From a virus (Duplodnaviria; Caudoviricetes): a stretch of DNA of 27,326 nucleotides. Positions 15,038 to 22,041 of this stretch are shown one piece after another; the stretch's first letter is position 1; the number at the start of each line of letters is the position of its first letter. The stretch spans positions 1 through 27,326 of the IMG/VR virus record IMGVR_UViG_3300049211_000051. One strand, 5' to 3'. Both the position numbers and the translations under genes were made by a program. A model generated the notes under the pieces. The model saw nothing but the letters and a program-made list of their open reading frames with translations. It ran no database searches and was not told where the DNA came from.

Positions 15038-17850
15038 TGCCGTCCTATAAAATCACCACGCCGAATGGTACTTTCAAGGTCACGGCGCCGAACGAGCTTT
15101 CGGACGAGGAGATCCAGTCGTATATCCGACAGTCCACGGGGGAAGAGGAGCCTGCCGCGCCCGCCCCCGAGGCTCCCAAGCCCACCACGCTAGGCCAGGC
15201 TCTGGCCCCCTCCCTATCTAAGGCCATCGGCACCGAATACGAGCCGCGGCCCTATACGGAAAATATCGCTGCCCCGGATGTCCGCTCTCAACCTGTCACA
15301 GAAAGGGCCAGAGCCAAGCCTACCATGGGAGACTTGCGCGCCAACGAATCTCCCGAGGGTTTTTTTCAAGAGAAGCGAGGAATGATAAAAGTTCCTGCCG
15401 TAGATTCTCCCACTTCGCAGAAAGTTCGGGATGCAACCCTGGGGGCGGCAAGCGATATTCCTACCATTGCGGTTCGCGCAGCGGGTTCCGCTGCCAGCAA
15501 AGCGGGTTTGAAGTCCGCCACGGGCGGCAAAGACGTAGGCTTCCTGGAGGGCATGGCGGACCCGGAAACCGGGGTCTTGCGCGCTGGGCGCGAGTACGCG
15601 TCCAAGGCTCTCAAGCAGCAACTGGCCGATCTGAAAGACGAGGATCGCACCTATTGGCAAAAGGTCGGGGATTCCTTTGTTGCTGAGCTGGCCGCAACCG
15701 GGTACTTAACCGCCTCTATCCTGGAGGACCCGGTCGCGATGGCTGGTATTGTCTCTCAAATCACCAAGCAAGCCCTCAAGGGAGCCGGCAAGTTCGTATC
15801 TAAGGTGAAAACCAAAGTAGCCGAGAAAACCAAGCTCCCGCAGGAAGCCCTGGAGCGCGCAGCCAAGGATACCAAGGCGGTAGAAGCCGCGGCCGGCACC
15901 GAGGAAGCGCTGACCTACCAACTGGGCGACGACATCACCAAGATCCGCCAGGAGGTCAGAACCGGAGCGCCCGCGACAGAGAAAAGCCCTGGGCATCTTG
16001 GGATCGAAGGCGAGCAAGCCGCCGACATGACCAAGCATGACAAGGCCGTCGCCGACCTCATGGCGGATTATGAGTCCAGGGCAGCCAAGCAGGAAGCGGG
16101 CTATAACGCGGACGTACTGGCCCGGGAGAAGATCAACACGGAGGCGGTAACTGCCTTTGAGAAAGAGACGGCGACCCAAAAGACCGCGCTGGAGTCCGGA
16201 GTCCTATCCCAGCGCCCAGGCCAGCCCATAGCATCCGCTTCCCAGATCAGCCCCTACGAGTCCGGCAAGCGCCTAGAAACGGCGGCGAGCGAGGCGCGCA
16301 AGGCAATCGGGACCAAGTACCGGGACCGGCTGGATCAAGAGTTCTACAAGTCCGGAATCGCAGATATCAAACTTCCCGCCAAGTCCAAGACCGGCGAAGC
16401 GGCCAAGGCTTTGACGGGATCCTCCAAGGCCGTCCGCGTGAACCCCATGCAGGAGTTTATCGACGATGCTTTGACCCGGATCGGGTATGACAAGGCCAAG
16501 GGTTACCAGCAGATGGAGGGGGCCAGCAAGAACGCTGTAGAATGGCTCCTGAAAAAACGCGAGGGCGCAGGAAACATCAAGACCCTGGATCAGGCGCTCA
16601 AGTTCCGGAAGAACTTCCAGGATGACTTGTTCGCCTCCTCCTCGGGCCAAAACCCGCTCTTTCCCCGCAAGGGCCAGGCGGCGAACGACTATCGCTTCCT
16701 CAACTCGGTCTATCACGAATCCAACAACCTGATTGCCGAGATCCCGGCCAAGCAATTGGGCAAGAAGGAAGGCGAAACCTGGAAGAGGGTTTGGTCTGAA
16801 TTACGCAAGGACTACGCCGAGCCAGAATCCGTCATTGAAGACCTGGTATCCGGCATCGGCAAGGCCGCGGACCCGGAAGACTTTATGACGCGCATCAAGG
16901 ATGTTCCGGTCGATGACATCACCGCCATGCGCACCGCCGCCACTAAGCACAAGGAGATCCAGCCGTTGGTTTCCGAGGTGGAGCAAATGGCGTTTGACAA
17001 CATGGTCCGCACCTCCCTGGATCCCGCCAACGGAAACGCCTTTTCCCCGGAGAAGATGATTCGCCTCTTCAACACCGAGGATAAGGCCCGCCTCAAGGCG
17101 CTTCTAGGCCCGGAGCGGGTCGCTCGCATCCAGCAGGCGATCAGCAGGTACAAGCTGCCCGAGAAGCCTACGGCCCTGCCCAGGGTGGAAAAGCCTGGCG
17201 CCATCCCGAAGCCGACCCTACCGGATAAGCCGGACTGGAAGATGTTGTCCAACGAGCCGGCATACAAGGAGCTGGCTGGTGCCTCTCAGGAAGTGAATCA
17301 AGGAAAGATTCGATCCAACATCGCGAACATGGGTCAGGATCCAAAGGTCTTTGCTATGCGGGAACTGGAGTTTCTGGACAACGCCCTGGGCCTCAAAGGC
17401 AAGGACAGCTATACGGAAAAGGTCTTGGACGCCTGGGCAGCGAATAAGCTGGGGATAGATCCCAAGGTCAAGAAGCTGCCCAAGGAAAACCCTCTCCCCA
17501 CAGGCTACGCAACCGCCAGCAAGATGACCGGCGCGGGTGCGGGCGCGGCGATTGGGGCTGTGGCGGGTAATGCGCTCGGGGGCCCCGTCATGGGGGCGCT
17601 CCTGTCCACCCTGGGCCTCAAAGCGGGTCAGGCCGCAGGCGCCCAAGCGCTCTCCCCCGCAACCGCTGTGGCCGTGTACAAGGCCATGAACACCTTGGCA
17701 GGCATCAAACCCACCCCGAGGACGATTGCGCTCCTCAAGGCCATCCGGAACGCCGGCACCGCATCCACGGCGGCGCGGCTTACGGCGGAGCTGGAGCGGG
17801 AGATCGGGTCAGTGCCCGAAAAGCAAATAGAGGCTGTGGGAACTCCATAG
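15037..17850 (+). CDS. Large DNA-ejection protein, P22 gp16-like position (937 aa)
   Basis: TGATG coupling; N-terminal YKITTPNGTFKVTAPNELSDEEI module; long A/K/E helical body; C-terminal Gly/Ala hydrophobic segment GAGAGAAIGAVAGNALGGPVMGALL; no Cys. Confidence 0.65.
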   Translation: MPSYKITTPNGTFKVTAPNELSDEEIQSYIRQSTGEEEPAAPAPEAPKPTTLGQALAPSLSKAIGTEYEPRPYTENIAAPDVRSQPVTERARAKPTMGDLRANESPEGFFQEKRGMIKVPAVDSPTSQKVRDATLGAASDIPTIAVRAAGSAASKAGLKSATGGKDVGFLEGMADPETGVLRAGREYASKALKQQLADLKDEDRTYWQKVGDSFVAELAATGYLTASILEDPVAMAGIVSQITKQALKGAGKFVSKVKTKVAEKTKLPQEALERAAKDTKAVEAAAGTEEALTYQLGDDITKIRQEVRTGAPATEKSPGHLGIEGEQAADMTKHDKAVADLMADYESRAAKQEAGYNADVLAREKINTEAVTAFEKETATQKTALESGVLSQRPGQPIASASQISPYESGKRLETAASEARKAIGTKYRDRLDQEFYKSGIADIKLPAKSKTGEAAKALTGSSKAVRVNPMQEFIDDALTRIGYDKAKGYQQMEGASKNAVEWLLKKREGAGNIKTLDQALKFRKNFQDDLFASSSGQNPLFPRKGQAANDYRFLNSVYHESNNLIAEIPAKQLGKKEGETWKRVWSELRKDYAEPESVIEDLVSGIGKAADPEDFMTRIKDVPVDDITAMRTAATKHKEIQPLVSEVEQMAFDNMVRTSLDPANGNAFSPEKMIRLFNTEDKARLKALLGPERVARIQQAISRYKLPEKPTALPRVEKPGAIPKPTLPDKPDWKMLSNEPAYKELAGASQEVNQGKIRSNIANMGQDPKVFAMRELEFLDNALGLKGKDSYTEKVLDAWAANKLGIDPKVKKLPKENPLPTGYATASKMTGAGAGAAIGAVAGNALGGPVMGALLSTLGLKAGQAAGAQALSPATAVAVYKAMNTLAGIKPTPRTIALLKAIRNAGTASTAARLTAELEREIGSVPEKQIEAVGTP

Positions 17851-18009
17851 GATCAGCCAAGTCGCGAAGAAGTAGCCGACCCTGAGTTGATACTGGGGCT
17901 TGTCGTCCAACCACCGAACAAAGTTGATTGCCAGGGCGATGACACAAAGCACGAGCGCCCAGGCCACGCCAAAGATGACCACCGACGCCCATCTTTCCGG
18001 ACTTTCCAT
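17809..18009 (-). CDS. Small two-TM membrane protein (66 aa); candidate superinfection exclusion factor
   Basis: Hydrophobic segments VVIFGVAWALVLCVIALAINFV and VGYFFATWLILWSSHSLYLLF. Fills an otherwise empty gap, overlaps the gp16-like 3' end by 42 nt, and is the only credible minus-strand gene. Confidence 0.65.
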   Translation of the reverse strand: MESPERWASVVIFGVAWALVLCVIALAINFVRWLDDKPQYQLRVGYFFATWLILWSSHSLYLLFGH

Positions 18010-18015
18010 AGGCTA

Positions 18016-18045
18016 AAAGTAAATCCGTGGCCATGGGATTGGCGA
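18016..18045 (-). promoter_or_regulatory. Possible sigma70-type promoter for a leaderless transcript of the minus-strand gene
   Basis: Minus strand reads TCGCCA-N18-TACTTT-N6-ATG; no SD before the ATG. Confidence 0.35.
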
Positions 18046-18186
18046 GGTTATTAAACGGTAAAACGCCTTTTCCAAAGCAAAACCCCTAAAAAGCCTCAAT
18101 CCCTCACATAATTCCCCACGTTTCCCAAAATCATTTGGGGCCTCCGATAGATTTTTTGCAGGGCGTCCCCTCCTAGAGCCCCATAC

Positions 18187-18224
18187 CCCCTTCCGTCATT
18201 TCCGCAACCGCTCCCCCTACTCTC
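18187..18224 (+). promoter_or_regulatory. Putative late promoter / regulator site, copy 2 (CCCCTTCCGTCATTTC-N12-CCCTACTCTC)
   Basis: Intergenic, 42 nt before the scaffold ATG; near-identical to 3222-3259. Confidence 0.65.
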
Positions 18225-18266
18225 CGGGCAATCGGGCAGGCACCGTACTGCCCCAGGAGAAAACGA

Positions 18267-19490
18267 ATGTCCTCCGAAACCGAAGTTCCCGCGCAGACCC
18301 CAATCGCTGCGCCTGTCATTTCCGATTCCCAGCTCCAAGACCTGGACAAGTCCCCCGGCAAACTGAAGGAGATGAGTTCCACTGACCGCGCCCTCGTGAT
18401 GGAGCGCGTGAAGCAGACCATTTCCGAGGCAGAGAAACCCGCTGCCGTTGTCGAGCCCGTCAAAGACCCCGCCCAGGAGCCCAAGGAAGCCCCCAAGGAG
18501 GAACCCGCGAAAGCGGAGGCCCCCAAGGAGGAGCCCAAGGAGGAGCCCAAGCAATTCGACCGCCGCCAGGCCCGGAAGCAGCACCAGATAGACGCCGACG
18601 AGGCGAACAGATGGGCGCAGAAGCGCAAGGCCCTGGAGGAGAAAGTCGCGAGAGAAAAGGCGCGGGTCGAAGAGCTTTCCAAAGCCGAGGTGAAAGCCCC
18701 GGAGGACCCTTGGGACAAGGACCACCAGACCGCCCTTCACAAGACCGTGGAAGACCTGAAAAGGGAAAACGCGGAGATGAAGGCCTACTTCCAGGAGCTG
18801 CGGCAGAAGGAAGTCGAAGAGGTCGAGGTCAACGCAAAGCAAGCGCAGGAAAAGGCCATCTATGGCTCCATCCACTCGCTCCAGGACGAGTACGCCCAGC
18901 TCAAGACCTCCAAGCCCTTCAAGGACTTGGATGCCGAAAACGTGGCGTGGCTCAATACCCTGGTCGAAAAGTCGGGAGTCAAGGAAGCCCTGCCGACGGC
19001 ATCGGCCGAAGAGCTTTGGGCCGCCGCCAACAAGCGGTACGAATCGGATCCGGAATTTCAGAAGTCCATCCCTCCCCATCCGTTCTCGAAAGAGGACCTG
19101 GATAAATACCGCATCATCTCCGAACTGAACGGCAAGGTCCGGCAGGTCGGCGGATCGATTCGCGGTCATTGGCTGGAGAAGCTGGACGACGAGGGCATTC
19201 TCGAAGAGGTCATGCAGAAGAGCAGACAACGTGCTGCGGAAGATGCTGCGTCAAGGACCGTCAAGGCAATTCAGAAAGCATCAACAGACGTTCAACCCAT
19301 CGCCCCTGGTGATGGATCCGCAAAGACCGGATACCTAGACCCCGAGTGGACCCCCGCCAAGGCTGCCACGATTCAAAGCCAACTCGTCGCCAAACACAAG
19401 AGCGGCAAGGGCTTGAATCCGCAGGAGCGGGAACTGCTGAAGAAGGTCGGCGGGATCCTCAAGGATTCATACCTCGGCGTACTTCAATAA
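18267..19490 (+). CDS. Capsid scaffolding protein (407 aa)
   Basis: CAGGAG SD; E/K/A-rich coiled coil with PKEE repeats; immediately upstream of the capsid gene. Confidence 0.75.
   Translation: MSSETEVPAQTPIAAPVISDSQLQDLDKSPGKLKEMSSTDRALVMERVKQTISEAEKPAAVVEPVKDPAQEPKEAPKEEPAKAEAPKEEPKEEPKQFDRRQARKQHQIDADEANRWAQKRKALEEKVAREKARVEELSKAEVKAPEDPWDKDHQTALHKTVEDLKRENAEMKAYFQELRQKEVEEVEVNAKQAQEKAIYGSIHSLQDEYAQLKTSKPFKDLDAENVAWLNTLVEKSGVKEALPTASAEELWAAANKRYESDPEFQKSIPPHPFSKEDLDKYRIISELNGKVRQVGGSIRGHWLEKLDDEGILEEVMQKSRQRAAEDAASRTVKAIQKASTDVQPIAPGDGSAKTGYLDPEWTPAKAATIQSQLVAKHKSGKGLNPQERELLKKVGGILKDSYLGVLQ
18480..18551 (+). repeat. 12-nt CCCAAGGAGGAG-type repeats encoding PKEE/PKEA
   Basis: PKEAPKEEPAKAEAPKEEPKEEPK in the scaffold protein. 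Confidence 0.8.
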
Positions 19491-19499
19491 GGAAAAATC

Positions 19500-20702
19500 A
19501 TGGCTCTCATTCTGAACAACACCGACCAGCTTCTCAAAGAAGGTTGGGAAGCGACTATCTGGGAAGAGTCCCAGGAGCGCGACGTGCTGGAGGCCCTGAC
19601 CGGGACCTACAGCGAGCAGGACAAGACCGTCCCCGACGGCATCATCAACCGCGTGATGCTGAAGGAAGGCGAGGACAAGCGCACCATCCCCATGGTGCTC
19701 GACCTGACCGGCGCCGGCCGCCAGGGCGCGGACAAGACCCTTGTGGGTTTCACCGAGACCCCGGATACCCGGTTCATGACCTGCTACTCCAACGACGTGC
19801 GGCACGGCGAGGACCTGTACCGCTTCGGCAAGTACGCCCAGCGGTCGGAGTGGATCGTCAAGGCCGAGGGCGCCAACAAGCGCCTGTCGAAGTGGCTGAA
19901 GGCCCGCCGCGGCAAGCACAAGCGCCAGGCGATGCTGGAGCGCATCTCCGACAATCTGGAGGAGACGCCGACCACGCTGACCTCGGCGTGGAACAAGAAC
20001 ATCTACATCCCGAATCTGACCGACGCGCAGATGCCGGATTACGACTCGACCCTGGCCACCCATACCGCGAATATCTATTCCGCGCTGGGCACCGCCGGGA
20101 CCGGATCGGGCGCCAATCTGGACGCCGGCACGTTCGCGAGCCTGGAATACTGGGTCACCTCCCAGTGGAAGATGGAAACGCTGTCGAACGACACGTACAT
20201 CCTCCTCCTGTCCGGCCGCACCGCGCGCCGCCTGCGCGACATGACGAACTCCAGCGGCTTGACCGAGAAGTGGCGTACCACCCTCTCGGACGAGATCGCG
20301 AAGAAGACCACCCAGGCCGTTCTGGGCCAGGTCGGAAAGTTCATCATCGTCGTGGACGACCGCGCCCCGATCCTCGTTCGGGATACCGCCGACTCCTCCC
20401 TGACCGCGTACTACCGCGACGTGGGCAACACCGACAACCGGAGCGCCTACAGCAACAGCGGAACGACCACGGTGTGGGATGTGTCCTATGTGATCGGCAT
20501 GGCCGGGCTCACGGAGACCATCTCCATGCTGCCCCGGTACGATGATGACACCTTCGACATCGGCAAGACCCAGGTGATCGGCATGTCCACCACCTACGGA
20601 TTCCAGGTGACCGAGTTCGATGACGACACCGCGACGGACTCCAGCCGGATCGGGCAGAACTGCGGAGTGATCCTCGATTACAGCGGTAACCTGACGACCT
20701 GA
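19500..20702 (+). CDS. Major capsid protein, HK97 fold, N4-gp56/DUF4043-like (400 aa)
   Basis: TAAGGA SD; highly biased codons; motifs WEATIWEE, PMVLDLTGAGRQGADKTLVG.TE, NDVRHG, LSKW, YILLL, GQVGKFIIV. Followed by a terminator. Confidence 0.85.
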   Translation: MALILNNTDQLLKEGWEATIWEESQERDVLEALTGTYSEQDKTVPDGIINRVMLKEGEDKRTIPMVLDLTGAGRQGADKTLVGFTETPDTRFMTCYSNDVRHGEDLYRFGKYAQRSEWIVKAEGANKRLSKWLKARRGKHKRQAMLERISDNLEETPTTLTSAWNKNIYIPNLTDAQMPDYDSTLATHTANIYSALGTAGTGSGANLDAGTFASLEYWVTSQWKMETLSNDTYILLLSGRTARRLRDMTNSSGLTEKWRTTLSDEIAKKTTQAVLGQVGKFIIVVDDRAPILVRDTADSSLTAYYRDVGNTDNRSAYSNSGTTTVWDVSYVIGMAGLTETISMLPRYDDDTFDIGKTQVIGMSTTYGFQVTEFDDDTATDSSRIGQNCGVILDYSGNLTT

Positions 20703-20703
20703 T

Positions 20704-20721
20704 AGTAACCCTTCGGTTACT
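20704..20721 (+). other. Small hairpin AGTAACC-CTTC-GGTTACT overlapping tandem stops after the capsid gene
   Basis: Perfect 7-bp inverted repeat with a 4-nt loop. Confidence 0.6.
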
Positions 20722-20731
20722 GTTAGCCTTT

Positions 20732-20761
20732 GGGGCGGCGGCATTGTAGCCGCCCCTTTTT
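20732..20761 (+). terminator. Rho-independent terminator after the major capsid gene
   Basis: GGGGCGGC (20732-20739) / GCCGCCCC (20749-20756) 8-bp stem followed by TTTTT. Confidence 0.85.
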
Positions 20762-20772
20762 GAAAGGGCAGT

Positions 20773-21339
20773 ATGAAGGACAACGGCTTACTCCAGGGTC
20801 TCGCGGAACAGTATTTGGGCAAGAAGGGTGCACCGGATTACCCGTACATCCTGTGCAAGCGCAACGACCGCATAGAGGTCACCTACCGCCTGCACGATCC
20901 CATGTGGGAAGGCCTTCGCCCGGTCCGCAGGAATGGCCAGACCATCTACGAGCTGGATCCCAAGTTCAACCTCAAGATCGAACCGGACGGGACCTGCTTC
21001 ATTCCCGACACCCCCGCGAACCGCGCCAAGCTGGAGCGTCTTTCCCAGCCGACCGAGACCGTGGACAAGCGCACCCGCCGCAACGGTATCACCGGCCTGG
21101 ATGAGACCTACGAGGTCAAGACCATCACCCCCCCGAAGTACGAGAAGATGGAAAAAAACATCTTCACCTCCGCCATGGTCAAGGAATTGGCCGACGCCGT
21201 CCGCGCCGAGCTGGCCAATGAAGGCACCGAGCCGGAGCGCGAGGAGGAACCGGAATTCCGCGAGGTGAACCACGGCAACCGCCAGACCCGCACCCGCCGC
21301 ATCAAGCAAGACCCCTTACTGGACCCGATTGAGCGTTGA
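20773..21339 (+). CDS. Hypothetical protein (188 aa) between capsid and adaptor genes
   Basis: AAGGG upstream; strong GC3 bias; TTGA overlap with the next gene. Confidence 0.75.
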   Translation: MKDNGLLQGLAEQYLGKKGAPDYPYILCKRNDRIEVTYRLHDPMWEGLRPVRRNGQTIYELDPKFNLKIEPDGTCFIPDTPANRAKLERLSQPTETVDKRTRRNGITGLDETYEVKTITPPKYEKMEKNIFTSAMVKELADAVRAELANEGTEPEREEEPEFREVNHGNRQTRTRRIKQDPLLDPIER

Positions 21340-22040
21340 CCACCGCGGAGCTGATCACCCTATTGGCCGAGGACGTGGGATCCGCATGGTCCCGCACTCG
21401 GCTTATGCAGGCCATCAATAGGGCTCAAAATGAGCTATTGGGCATGGACTGCCAGCTCATGCGGGTGAAGCCGGATCCGTTCATGGCGACGACCACGGCG
21501 GTTTATACCTACGCCGCATCCTCCTACCTGTATGTGGCCACCACGGGCGCCCAGGGGGCTTTGGTGGGGGATATCCGCTCCGTCCGCGAGATTTACATCG
21601 ACACCACCAATATGTCTTCCCTGGACGAGTTGGCCCTGGACACCAACTTCACCCGGGTAACCGAGGTGGAAACGCGGCCGACCGAGAACCGGATCAAGGT
21701 GCGTTTTGATTCCACCGACTCCCTGGGCGCGAACTTGACCGACTGTAATATCAAGTGGCCGGCCATGTACAACCCGGGGACGACGACGATCGCCTGGAAG
21801 GCCATCGCCTACACTTGGCCCACCCAGATCACGGCGGAATCCATTGCCTTGTCCATCCCCGAGGACTATCAGCATTCCCTGCTTTACCTGCACGTCCTCA
21901 AGTTCATCGAGCGGCGAGAGTTCGGGCGGAACGATGACTCCGCGATCCAATACCGCGAGGCGCTGTCCAAGTTCCGGGCCAAGTACAGCAAGATGCCGGC
22001 CTTCGATGGGGACATGACCTGCCGCCCTCGGTTGGTGTAA
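21336..22040 (+). CDS. Head-to-tail adaptor (P22 gp4 / T7 gp11-like role, 234 aa, TTG start)
   Basis: MTTAELITLLAEDV...WSRTRLMQAINRAQNEL and IPEDYQHSLLY...QY, the typical adaptor helix pattern; directly before the nozzle-like gene. Confidence 0.75.
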   Translation: MTTAELITLLAEDVGSAWSRTRLMQAINRAQNELLGMDCQLMRVKPDPFMATTTAVYTYAASSYLYVATTGAQGALVGDIRSVREIYIDTTNMSSLDELALDTNFTRVTEVETRPTENRIKVRFDSTDSLGANLTDCNIKWPAMYNPGTTTIAWKAIAYTWPTQITAESIALSIPEDYQHSLLYLHVLKFIERREFGRNDDSAIQYREALSKFRAKYSKMPAFDGDMTCRPRLV

Positions 22041-22041
22041 T

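Noticed and set aside
15357-15366. In-frame slippery heptamer G GGT TTT (plus T-run) in the 937-aa gene
   Set aside because: The -1 frame gives an R/G-rich non-protein-like sequence that stops near 15686, no stimulatory structure is evident, and it is not a tail-chaperone context.
15037-17850. 937-aa Ala-rich protein as a tape measure protein
   Set aside because: No tail tube, chaperone or baseplate genes are recognised; the adaptor, nozzle and tailspike set indicates a short tail.
17780-18034. 84-aa minus-strand ORF overlapping the two-TM gene
   Set aside because: It is an alternative frame with no features; the 66-aa frame has a clear two-helix pattern.
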